Assembly (NCBI GenBank): GCA_965218795.1
Contig: OZ244653.1
Coordinates: forward strand, 2,432,001-2,496,000
Direction: 5' to 3'
Source of the DNA: a bacterium
Lineage (GTDB): Bacteria > UBA8248 > JACPRG01 > G963555815
DNA length: 64,000 nt
Shown here: in pieces, positions 30,567-39,698 of the stretch
Layout: each line of letters opens with the position of its first letter
Numbering within the stretch: position 1 is the stretch's first letter
Notes under the pieces: generated by a model
Told to the model about the DNA's origin: nothing
What the model saw: only the letters and a program-made list of their open reading frames with translations
The model's database searches: none
Translations under genes and position numbers: made by a program

Positions 30567-31577
30567 ATGGGTTCGTCGAAACGTACTTCCATTCAAATAT
30601 TAGGAGCCTTCTTTTGTGTCTGGGCCCTGATCCTCAGTACGGGTATCACCGCCCAATCGTTAGAAAAGGTCCAATTCCAACACGCCTGGATCTGGCAGCC
30701 CAACATCAGCCCTTATTGGGCGGCCATCAAGAATGGCTACTTTAAGGAAGAAGGACTAGACGTCAATTTCGTCGAGGGAAAAGGCTCTGCTTACGCCATC
30801 CAGCGGGTGGCGGCTGAAAAATCGGATGTCGGCGTGTCCGACCTTGGAGCGGCCGCCTTTGCCATTTCCCGAGGAATACCCGTTAAGGCAATCCTTTGCG
30901 AGCTGCAAACAGGGCCCCAAGGGATCGTGTCTCACAAGGATACCGGCATCAAGACACCGAAGGACCTTGAGGGGAAAAGACTGGGATTCTCCCCGGGGGA
31001 TAGCGCCTGGATACTGTTCCCTGCCTTCACGAGCGCCAATGGGGTCAACGCCTCCCGTGTGAATTCGGTGAGCGCCGAGCCGGCCTCGTTGCCCAAGGCC
31101 CTCCTCGCGAGAAACGTGGACGCCATTCTCACGTACTTCACAAGCGTTCCGGAATTCTCCGACAGGGGTGGCGGCACCCCTTTGACTTACCTCCGGTACG
31201 CTGACCACAATGTCAATCTCCTTGGCCTTGGCCTCGTCGCCCATACGAAAACCATTTCCGAGCGACCCAAAATGCTCCGGGGGTTCGTACGGGCCAGCCA
31301 GAGGGGTTTTGCCTGGGCCCTTAAAAACCCCGGCAAGACAATCGATATCCTGATGAACGTGGCTCCGCTGACCGTGACAAAGAAGAAAATCGCCATGCAG
31401 AATCTGAATCTGTCTCTGGGGCTTCTGCACACAAAGCGGTCAAAGGGCAAACCCATCGGATGGATGGCCAAAGGGGATTGGGAGCAGACGGTCGGGCTGT
31501 TGGCGAAATACCGGAAAATGAAGGCGCTCCCCGTGGACCGGTACTATACCAACGAGTTCATTGCAAAGAACGACTGA
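30567..31577 (+). CDS. NMT1/THI5-like ABC substrate-binding protein
   Basis: Signal peptide, GYFKEEGLDV, GKGS, IKTPKDLEGK, YTNEF. Confidence 0.92.
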   Translation: MGSSKRTSIQILGAFFCVWALILSTGITAQSLEKVQFQHAWIWQPNISPYWAAIKNGYFKEEGLDVNFVEGKGSAYAIQRVAAEKSDVGVSDLGAAAFAISRGIPVKAILCELQTGPQGIVSHKDTGIKTPKDLEGKRLGFSPGDSAWILFPAFTSANGVNASRVNSVSAEPASLPKALLARNVDAILTYFTSVPEFSDRGGGTPLTYLRYADHNVNLLGLGLVAHTKTISERPKMLRGFVRASQRGFAWALKNPGKTIDILMNVAPLTVTKKKIAMQNLNLSLGLLHTKRSKGKPIGWMAKGDWEQTVGLLAKYRKMKALPVDRYYTNEFIAKND

Positions 31578-31716
31578 ACCGTCTCGCAAGCTGCGAGTTT
31601 TTAAGGGTTCAAAGAAGAAGAGAGCCACCGGAAAAGAGGAATGTGGGTGTACCCTGCTCTGAATGGAGAAGGCTGGGTAGTGCCCCCACTCCGGCCGTCG
31701 GGGTAGGAGAAGGGAG

Positions 31717-32925
31717 ATGGATGCCAACGTGGACCAAGCCTGGGAAATGCCGGTCCAGATTATGGACACGGTAACCGACACACGAGAGATCCTGGCGCAC
31801 GCCAAGAAACAGGCCGAGGAACGGAACCTACAGGACTATGTCATCTTTGACGTAGACTCCCACATCGTTGAATCCCTCCGTTGGGACGATGTCGCCCAAT
31901 ACATCGATGACCCCGTCATCCGTGAACAGGCATTGACCTCGGAACGGGGGGCCCCCTATGGCCTGAACAGCACTCCAGGGCTTCTATACCAGGACGTGGG
32001 GGGGCGCATTCCGCACGAACTGGGGCTGGGCGAACCCGTCGAGGAGACCGACGCTCATCGTTATGTGGCCCTGATGCGGCGCGCCATGGAGTGCATCGGA
32101 ATCGATTACATGGTCGTGTTTCCCACGTCAATGCTCCAACTGGGAATGTCGCCCCAGCTTCCCATGCAGAACCTGCTCGCCAATGCCTTCAACCGCTTTT
32201 TGGTGGATCACATGCTCAAGGTCGACCATCGAATCAAATCGTTGCTCTATCTGCCTTTTCACGATCCGGAGGCGTCGCTTCTCACCGTGGAGGAGTTTGG
32301 TGAAGACCCTGGCGTGATTGGCTTCATGGTGACAAGCGTCCGAAACAAGCCCGTCCAGGACAATCAGTACATGAAGCTTTACGCCGCCCTGGAGGAACGG
32401 GGCCTCCCCTTGGCGTTTCACGGCGGTTATTACTGGCACGAACCGGTGATGGAACAATTCCACCGGTTTCTGGGTGTCCACTCTGTGGGGTTCATCCTAT
32501 GGAACCTGATTCACCTGGTCAACTGGGTGCTCCACGGAATCCCGGAGCGGTTTCCGAATCTCAAGACCATCTGGATTGAGAGCGGTCTTGCGTGGGTTCC
32601 CTTCATCATGCAGCGCCTCGATAATGAGTATCTGCTCCGATCCTCCGAGGCACCGGCCCTGAAGCGACTGCCGAGCGAATACATTCGGGAGATGTACTTC
32701 TCATCCCAGCCCCTGGAGCGGCAGAATTTAAAGGCACTGGAGCTAAACTTCGAGATGGTTGACGCCGAGAACCATCTGCTCTACGCCTCCGACTGGCCGC
32801 ACCAGGACTTCGACCTGCCGAGCACGATCTTCGACCTCCCATTCTTATCCGACCAAGCGAAACGAAACATCCTGGGCGAGACCGCTTTGAAGCTGTTCAA
32901 TCTGGATCGGCCCAAGGGGAAGTGA
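31717..32925 (+). CDS. Amidohydrolase_2-family protein, candidate amidohydrolase-related dinuclear oxygenase
   Basis: DVDSH, FHGG, IESG, SQPLE, YASDWPHQDFD; Rieske gene directly downstream. Confidence 0.85.
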   Translation: MDANVDQAWEMPVQIMDTVTDTREILAHAKKQAEERNLQDYVIFDVDSHIVESLRWDDVAQYIDDPVIREQALTSERGAPYGLNSTPGLLYQDVGGRIPHELGLGEPVEETDAHRYVALMRRAMECIGIDYMVVFPTSMLQLGMSPQLPMQNLLANAFNRFLVDHMLKVDHRIKSLLYLPFHDPEASLLTVEEFGEDPGVIGFMVTSVRNKPVQDNQYMKLYAALEERGLPLAFHGGYYWHEPVMEQFHRFLGVHSVGFILWNLIHLVNWVLHGIPERFPNLKTIWIESGLAWVPFIMQRLDNEYLLRSSEAPALKRLPSEYIREMYFSSQPLERQNLKALELNFEMVDAENHLLYASDWPHQDFDLPSTIFDLPFLSDQAKRNILGETALKLFNLDRPKGK

Positions 32926-33002
32926 CCTGGATTCTCCCTCTTCTCATGAAGCTCACATGACATTCGGCCCTGAAGGACGAATAGAAGAACGTTATCGTAA
33001 GC

Positions 33003-33383
33003 ATGAGGAGTCCAAACGTGCCTGAGATTCATGTAGGGGCGGAGAACGAATACGGAGAGGGAGGGCGGAAGGTCATCACCACAGGCAACCTGGAAATCGG
33101 CGTATTTCGTATCAAAGGAGAATTCTATGCTTACGAGAATTTCTGCGCCCACATGGGAGGTCCGGTCTGCCAGGGGCGGATCTTCAAAAGAGTCGAAGAA
33201 AACGTGCAACCGGATGGAAAAAGCCTGGGCCTGAAGTTTTCGGAGGATCATACCCACATTGTGTGTCCCTGGCATGGCTATGAATATGACCTAGAGACGG
33301 GTTGTGTCCCTGCGAAACCAACATTGCGCTTGAGGAAAATCGAGGTCGTCCGGCGGGCTGGTGAAGTTTACGTCGTTGTGTAA
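33003..33383 (+). CDS. Rieske [2Fe-2S] ferredoxin
   Basis: CAHMGGP...CPWHGYEYDLETG. Confidence 0.93.
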   Translation: MRSPNVPEIHVGAENEYGEGGRKVITTGNLEIGVFRIKGEFYAYENFCAHMGGPVCQGRIFKRVEENVQPDGKSLGLKFSEDHTHIVCPWHGYEYDLETGCVPAKPTLRLRKIEVVRRAGEVYVVV

Positions 33384-33568
33384 GATACACTCAGGGATTA
33401 TCCACTTCAGCTCTTTTGAGATACGCTGCCGACAGCACGCTGATAAGGCTCGAGGGTAGTGCTTTCGGGGCTTGTTCCCAAAGCCCGTAGGAGACCTCGA
33501 CGGGCAAGTCTTGCCAAGCCTTTGATTTGACCAGTTCTGACTTAATAACCACCAGCGACGGGACACCC

Positions 33569-34915
33569 ATGAGCGACCTTTTGATTCAGAACGGCACGGT
33601 TCTGACGATGGTACCGGACGAGGAGGTGGTTTCGGGCGGCGCGGTCGCCATCCGAGACGGTCGCATCGCCGCGATCGGTAAGCCCGCGGACCTCAAGCGG
33701 ATGGGATTTGGGGAAGGCAAGACTCTGAACGCCCGAGGACAGGTGATCCTGCCCGGCTTGGTGAACCCCCACGTCCACGCGACCGGGGTTCTCCTCAAGG
33801 CGGTACCAAAGGCATCCTCCACCCGTTCTGCACGCCCCCGACTGCCGCGACTGCTGTTCGCCGAGGCCGATGCGTCCGAGACTGAGGTTCTGGCGAGGGC
33901 ATCCTTCCTAGAGGCCCTCAAGAGTGGTGTTACATCCCTGGGCCTTCTCGACCGTCACGCCTGCGGCCTTGTGGACACAATACATGAGTCGGGCCTTCGA
34001 GCGGTCCTGGCCGAAGCCTTGATGGAAGCCGATATGGTCTCCACTGAAAGCGGCTCCCCTCCTCAGCTGGATGCCAAGACGGGTGCGGCCCGACTAGACG
34101 CCGCCCTGGAATGGATGGATGCACTGAGCGCCGATGGATCCGGGCGATTGACATCGCTTCTAGGGATCAACTCGCCCGGCCTCTGCTCGGACGAGACCCT
34201 GGAGCGCGCGGCCAAGGAGGCCGAAGCCCGAAAGCTCGGTCTACACTATCATCTGGCGGTCTTCTCCGGAGAGACGGAGACCCTGCGCGCGCGGTCCGGC
34301 GGGGATTTGGTCGGATTCCTCCAGCGATTTGGTCTGTTGCGGTCCGATACCCTTCTGGTGGGCGGGAGTATCCTGAAGGAGGAGGAGATTGCCGGCCTTC
34401 GGGACTCCGCTGCGCAACTGGCCATTGTGCCCCGAGGAGACGCCGGCCGGGGGATCCGCATACCGGCGGCCGCACTCGTGCGCGGGAAGGTCCCCCTGGT
34501 CTTGGCGACGAACGGGATCGGCCACGATCTCTTCGCCGCCATGCGGGCCTTTCTGCTCACAGTCCGCCTCGACGCCGAAAGCGCAACGATTGTCCGCCCG
34601 GAAAACGCCCTCCAAATGGCCATACGCGATGGAGCGAGGGCGCTGAGGCTTTCGGGAAGTGTCGGCTCCATCGAGATCGGGAAAAAGGCGGACCTCATTT
34701 GCGTGACGCTCGATCCCGCTCGGTCCTCGCCTTTAGAAACGGACGATCCGGCAGCCATGGTCGTCGAGATCTGCGGCCCGGGGGATGTGACGGACGTGAT
34801 CGTCGACGGCGAGGTCGTGATGGAAGGCGGGAAGGTCAGAACCCTAGACGAGAAGGCTGTCCTCACGGAGGCGCGGAAGGTTGCCGCCGCCATCTGGAAG
34901 CGCGTGCTGGTATGA
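33569..34915 (+). CDS. MtaD/AtzA-like amidohydrolase with degenerate active site
   Basis: PGLVNPHVH, SGVT, GSIEIGKKADL; has HLAV, LVGG and ATNG where HxxE, H and D are usual. Confidence 0.85.
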   Translation: MSDLLIQNGTVLTMVPDEEVVSGGAVAIRDGRIAAIGKPADLKRMGFGEGKTLNARGQVILPGLVNPHVHATGVLLKAVPKASSTRSARPRLPRLLFAEADASETEVLARASFLEALKSGVTSLGLLDRHACGLVDTIHESGLRAVLAEALMEADMVSTESGSPPQLDAKTGAARLDAALEWMDALSADGSGRLTSLLGINSPGLCSDETLERAAKEAEARKLGLHYHLAVFSGETETLRARSGGDLVGFLQRFGLLRSDTLLVGGSILKEEEIAGLRDSAAQLAIVPRGDAGRGIRIPAAALVRGKVPLVLATNGIGHDLFAAMRAFLLTVRLDAESATIVRPENALQMAIRDGARALRLSGSVGSIEIGKKADLICVTLDPARSSPLETDDPAAMVVEICGPGDVTDVIVDGEVVMEGGKVRTLDEKAVLTEARKVAAAIWKRVLV

Positions 34916-35127
34916 TTCAAATGTAGACGCCTTTCATCGCCCGAAGCGGGTGTCGTGAACAAAATTTCTTAGGGAAGCATCCTGCAGAGAAAACGCGTTG
35001 AGGCTGTTTCATCTGGAAAGGCACCGGAGGGGAAATAGGCCCTGCACGCCGAATTCCGTAACTGGGCGCTGCTGGTTCGAAGGGGAGAACGCTTCCAACA
35101 GGAGAGGCTCCAGCGCGTTGGAGCGCA

Positions 35128-35365
35128 TTACTTGTCGTTTCGATTGGGACTTCGCTGTGATCCGCCCCTTTTTGATGACGTAAAGGCAATCCGGCCTGAG
35201 GCGAAAAGCGTTCCAGACGCTTTGCGTATCGAGGATGACCATGTCCGCCCGATTGCCGACTTCCAGATCGTAGGTCTTCTGATACTTTCGCGTCTGAAGG
35301 ACGTGCTCCCCGACGTCGGAGTAATAATCGGGGTGATAGACGTAAGCCGGACGGGGAAGGGGCAC
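35128..35365 (-). pseudogene. Chimera of histone-deacetylase-family N-terminus and cytosine-deaminase-like C-terminus
   Basis: YVYHPDYYSDVGEHVLQTRKY joined to LEVGNRADMVILD...PDCLYVIKKGRI. Confidence 0.6.
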
Positions 35366-35380
35366 CGGAGCGCCTCTCGC

Positions 35381-35422
35381 AAAAAAGAAGATCGACCCGG
35401 CAACTCCGCCGGACCGGGCCTG
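35381..35422 (-). terminator. Rho-independent terminator after the ferritin-like gene
   Basis: CCGGC-GGAGTT-GCCGG hairpin followed by TCTTCTTTTTT. Confidence 0.6.
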
Positions 35423-35439
35423 TTCTCTCTATACTTGAG

Positions 35440-36090
35440 CTACTCGATATTGAAATCGGGCAAGGCGTAGGGGTAGGCATTGCGAACCCGGTCGCATTTT
35501 TCCTGGCCGAGTTTTCGGATGGCCTCCTGCATTTCATCCGAGGTCGCGTGGCGCTCGAGGATCAGGCGGCCGTTCCGGACGTGTGTCCCTTCGTGGACCA
35601 GCATTTCGTCTCTGACCACAATGGCCGAGCGCTCGTCCAGCACCTCGACCATCTTCCGGAAGGTGTGAATCAGAATCGTTTCCCCGAAGATCTGAAGCGA
35701 GGCGGCGATCTGCCAATACTCAGGAAGGAACGTGATGTTGTACATCGCGAGATCTTCGGGCGAGGGCTGATAAGCCTGGAGGTCGCCGTTCCCCCCCAGT
35801 TCTTCCGCCCGCTCCGCGCAAACCTTCCAATGAAGGAGCTCTTCGGCCAGCTGGCGCGCCAGGAGAACTTTGATGTCCGCATCCTCGTCGGGCAGTTGAT
35901 CGATCTCCCGCGCAACGGTGGGGACGCCCAGATAGAACTCCCGCCAGGCCTGGGTTTCCATGAGGCGGCGGTTTTGGTCATGGTCCATCTGAGAAGTCCA
36001 TTCCGACAGAATGTGCTCGTCCATGTAGGCCCCGAATCCCTCGGCCTGTTGGATCATGCTTTTTGCAAAAGCATAGCTGTTCATCGCCAT
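35440..36090 (-). CDS. Ferritin-like di-iron domain protein
   Basis: Ligand spacing WRE...EELLH...GE...EGTH. Confidence 0.8.
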   Translation of the reverse strand: MAMNSYAFAKSMIQQAEGFGAYMDEHILSEWTSQMDHDQNRRLMETQAWREFYLGVPTVAREIDQLPDEDADIKVLLARQLAEELLHWKVCAERAEELGGNGDLQAYQPSPEDLAMYNITFLPEYWQIAASLQIFGETILIHTFRKMVEVLDERSAIVVRDEMLVHEGTHVRNGRLILERHATSDEMQEAIRKLGQEKCDRVRNAYPYALPDFNIE

Positions 36091-36283
36091 CAATGACTCT
36101 CCGGTTTGGCGATTGGGTCCGGCGCGAATTCCGAGACGATGCCCCTCGTCCCGCACGAATTCATCCCGCGAATCGCCGTTTGTCAAGTAATCTCCGCAGG
36201 ATTGTACCACAATGTTCGGGAGGGCGGGGACGGGGCCCCTTTGACCCGGTTCCGCGGGCTCGGGCAAGCAGGGATTTCCCCTT

Positions 36284-36793
36284 TTACGAGGTGTAAGGCG
36301 TCCCGAAGCGCTCTTTGTGCGCGACCTCCGCCAGGGGCTTGCGGTCTTTTTTCCCGTGAAGGGTGTGGCGGACCGGAAATCCGAACGGCAGGATGGTGAT
36401 GAGGTCGGCGGCGTCCGGAATGTTCAGAAGCGGTTTGATCCGATCCCGCTCGATGCCGCCGACCCAGCAGGTCCCGAGCCCCTCCGCCCAGCCCGCCAGG
36501 ATCATGTTCATGACGGCCCTGGAGGCGTCAATCTGCGCCATCTTGGCACCGTGCATGACGACAACGACCGCCATCGGTGCGCCGCTGATGAACCCCCCCG
36601 AAGGGGAGAGCCCGCCGATTCGGTTCAGGGTGTCTGGATCGCGGACGACGATGAAGTGCCACTGCTGACGGTTGCGCTGACTCGGAGAGAGCCGCCCGGC
36701 TTCCAGGATCTTCAGAACGGACTTTTCGGGGACAGGGTCGGGTTTGAATTCGCGGACCGCGTAGCGCGTCCGGATGGCTTCGTGGACGTCCAT
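36284..36793 (-). CDS. Nitroreductase family protein
   Basis: AIRTRYAVREF, SPSQRNRQQWHF, GLGTCWVG, RKPL. Confidence 0.93.
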   Translation of the reverse strand: MDVHEAIRTRYAVREFKPDPVPEKSVLKILEAGRLSPSQRNRQQWHFIVVRDPDTLNRIGGLSPSGGFISGAPMAVVVVMHGAKMAQIDASRAVMNMILAGWAEGLGTCWVGGIERDRIKPLLNIPDAADLITILPFGFPVRHTLHGKKDRKPLAEVAHKERFGTPYTS

Positions 36794-36801
36794 GGCTTCC
36801 C

Positions 36802-37500
36802 CTAGAGTTCGGTTCCCTTGGTTTTCAACCGCTCTTCGATGGCCTGGATGTATTGCCTGGCGGATTGAGAATAAGGAACGATGTTCAGCGTGTCCCGGAA
36901 GGCATCGAGGGCGCTGGAGAGATCGTTCAACCCGATGTAGTTGAGTCCTTTGCCGAACAGGGCTCCGAAGTGATAGGGATTGAGCCGAAGGGTGACGTCG
37001 CAATCCTCCAGTGATTCTTTGTACTGGCCGGCGAGGTAGAGGGCGGTGGCCCGCTTGTTATATCCCTCGGCGAATTCCGGCGCCCGTTCGATGACCCTCG
37101 TGAAGGCATTGATGGAGTCATGAAGCCGTCCGTCCGCCATGAGCTCCATCCCCAGGTAGAGGATCCGGTCGGTCTCCTGATCGCCCGATCGGAGCCAGAT
37201 CAGCCACATGGATTTCTCGGCCTCTTTGCGCACCGACTCGTTGGCATCGGCGAGGGAGGGCGCGAGGGGCTCGACCACCGATATGTCGCCTTTCCGCCCC
37301 AGAGATTCAACCGCGATCCGGCGCTTTTCGGGATCTGTATCCTTCAACCCCTTGAGGGCTTCCATGATGCGCTCCTTGGGCTGGCCGCCTTTCCTGTTCT
37401 GATCCGCCCAAGCGCCCGCCGCAGGCGCGCCGAGCCATCCAAGCGCCCCCACCCAAATCAGGGCGAAACCCGCGGTTGTCTTGAGAGAGATTCTTCTCAC
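36802..37500 (-). CDS. Exported HEAT-repeat + TPR protein
   Basis: Signal peptide, LKDTDPEKRRIAVESLG, PEFAEGYNKRAT, LNPYHFGALFG. Confidence 0.85.
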   Translation of the reverse strand: MRRISLKTTAGFALIWVGALGWLGAPAAGAWADQNRKGGQPKERIMEALKGLKDTDPEKRRIAVESLGRKGDISVVEPLAPSLADANESVRKEAEKSMWLIWLRSGDQETDRILYLGMELMADGRLHDSINAFTRVIERAPEFAEGYNKRATALYLAGQYKESLEDCDVTLRLNPYHFGALFGKGLNYIGLNDLSSALDAFRDTLNIVPYSQSARQYIQAIEERLKTKGTEL

Positions 37501-38030
37501 GGTCTTGTGACGGCCCCTTGACCGGCGGACCGGACCAGGGGCTGCTCCACAGCGCACCGGAACCCCTTGACCGCGTTCTTCCATTCGGGACGGTACCGGT
37601 GTGTGCACTCGCAAACGCTCATCGGCCCGCAGAGGAGTTTCCACCCGCTCTGATCCGTACTCGACCACTCCCAGATGTCCCCTTTCTTGGGAAACCCTTT
37701 CTTGCGGCAGGCACCCATCCACTCCTCCTGACTGGGCAGGCGTTTTCCCTTCCAAAGGCAATAATCCCGCGCATCGTACCAATTGACCATCGTCACTGGG
37801 TGATCGTCCGCGTCCTTGGGGTAACGGCCTTTGCTCCAATGATCCGGGGCCGCCCGTCCGGTGACGAGCGTGAATTCCAGGTACTCCCGGTTGGTGACCT
37901 CGCCTTGGTCCGGATGGGATGGGGACTGAGCCCGGACGAGGCTCACGGACGCGGTGATCAGACCAACCGATGCGACGAAGCCGGTCGCGGCGCGAATGCC
38001 CGAGAAGGTTAGCCATTTCAAGAATTGCAT
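37497..38030 (-). CDS. Short exported FGE-sulfatase (SUMF1)-domain protein
   Basis: EVTNREY, HPVTMVNWYDARDYCLWKGKRLPSQEEW, IWEW, GFRCA. Confidence 0.85.
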   Translation of the reverse strand: MQFLKWLTFSGIRAATGFVASVGLITASVSLVRAQSPSHPDQGEVTNREYLEFTLVTGRAAPDHWSKGRYPKDADDHPVTMVNWYDARDYCLWKGKRLPSQEEWMGACRKKGFPKKGDIWEWSSTDQSGWKLLCGPMSVCECTHRYRPEWKNAVKGFRCAVEQPLVRSAGQGAVTRP

Positions 38031-38100
38031 GATGAAGTCCCCCGCACCTCCCCTATTGTAGCACGCTCCCCGTTTGCACATCGGTGGGTCGGGGGGATTC

Positions 38101-38307
38101 CTATCCCTCATCCAAGCCGTATCGGCGGAGTTTTTTTGAAAGGCCCAACCGGCTGAGCCCGAGCGCCTCCGGGTGGATGCCCGCGACGTTCTTGCCAGTG
38201 CGCCCGGATGCCTCCAGCAGGAAATGCTGAGTGAGGAGCGGGATGTCTTCCCGGCGTTCCCGCAGAGCGGGGAGCGCGATGTGAAAGACGTTGAGCCGGT
38301 AAAAAGG
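38101..38307 (-). pseudogene. Sigma54-dependent activator remnant with internal deletion
   Basis: FYRLNVFHIALPALRERREDIPLL...IHPEAL joined directly to Fis-type HTH tail GLSRLGLSKKLRRYGL. Confidence 0.8.
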
Positions 38308-38697
38308 GTTCGCGCTGGTACAAAGGTGTCTGTTGAATGGGATGGATTGCAGGCAGAGGGAACCGAGAGGCGAGGGTCCGTCATTTCCGGACGCCTGCAG
38401 GCGTCCGGCCCCCTATTCCATCGGGCTGGAAAGGTTTGACAAGACGGAGGGGATGGTTTCAGATGCAATCAATCGACAAAAAGGACCGGAAGGCGAATCT
38501 TTGAGGGTGGCATGGGGACTTCCGGTGAACAGGGAGTTGTCGAACCTTTCTTTGTTTCCGGCACCCAGGGCCGAATGATAGTGAAAAGCCTGATTTTCCC
38601 TCGCCCCCTCTTCGGCGATCTTGAGGGCGGCGTCAAGCCCTGACCGGCTTTTCTTTCAGCAAGAGGGGAAACATACCGGACATCAGGAACCTCACCC

Positions 38698-39645
38698 GTG
38701 TCCCTCTCACTGTTTTTCGACATCTCGCTGCTCCAGCTGATGATGGTCATGATGGCCCCCCTGATCCTGGCGTGTCTCGGCGAGACCCTGATCGAGCATT
38801 CGGGAATCCTGAACCTCGGCATTGAGGGCATCGTCACCGTGGGCGCGGTCACTGGATTTCTGGGGACATACTGGACGGGAAGCGCCGTCCTGGGTTGTCT
38901 CCTCGCCATGGTGACCGGGTCAATCCTCGCTTCCTTCGTGGCTTACTTCGCCATCACGCTACGGACAAACCAGATCATTCTGGGCTTGAGCATATTTGTT
39001 TTCGGTTTGGGGCTCTCGCCCTTTTTCTATCGGTTGGCCATCGGCGTGGTATCATCTCCACCGCAGGTCCCCACACTGCCGATCATCAAGGCGCCGCTCT
39101 TGGGCGACATTCCCTTTCTGGGTGAGGCCTTCTTCCAGCAGAACCCCCTTGTGTACACCTCCTATGTCCTGGTCGCGGCCATGAGCGTCTTCCTCTTCAA
39201 AACACCCCTGGGCCTCCGCATCCGATCGTGCGGGGAAAACCCGCGGGCGGCGGATACCCTGGGGATCAATGTCGTGTCCTTGCGCTACGGCGCCTGTGCC
39301 GTCGGGGGCATGTTGCTGGGCCTCGGGGGGGCCTACCTCCCTCTCGTGATCACTGGGGCCTTTACGGACAATATCGTCAACGGACGCGGTTGGCTCGCGT
39401 TCATGCTGGTCATCTTCGGCCGGTGGGTCCCTCTGTGGTCGTTTCTGGGCGCGGTCCTGTTCGCCTACGTGGACGCCTTTCAGTTCAAGGTCAGCTCGCT
39501 TCCGGATGTCGCCCGGCTCATCCCCCCCCAATTTCTTTTGATGCTCCCCTATCTGTTTGCTCTCTTGTTATTGGTCCGAGTCGCCCGGGGCGCGGAGGCC
39601 CCACGGGCCCTGGCACGCCCGTACGACCGGGAGGCCAGGGAATAA
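38698..39645 (+). CDS. Nucleoside-type ABC transporter permease
   Basis: GETLIEHSGILNLGIEG, GENPRAADTLGINV, GRGWLA. Confidence 0.93.
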   Translation: MSLSLFFDISLLQLMMVMMAPLILACLGETLIEHSGILNLGIEGIVTVGAVTGFLGTYWTGSAVLGCLLAMVTGSILASFVAYFAITLRTNQIILGLSIFVFGLGLSPFFYRLAIGVVSSPPQVPTLPIIKAPLLGDIPFLGEAFFQQNPLVYTSYVLVAAMSVFLFKTPLGLRIRSCGENPRAADTLGINVVSLRYGACAVGGMLLGLGGAYLPLVITGAFTDNIVNGRGWLAFMLVIFGRWVPLWSFLGAVLFAYVDAFQFKVSSLPDVARLIPPQFLLMLPYLFALLLLVRVARGAEAPRALARPYDREARE

Positions 39646-39698
39646 CGGAGATCGCGTGGTGGTCCTTGATGGGTGGTTTTTCTGAAAGGAGAGGAACG

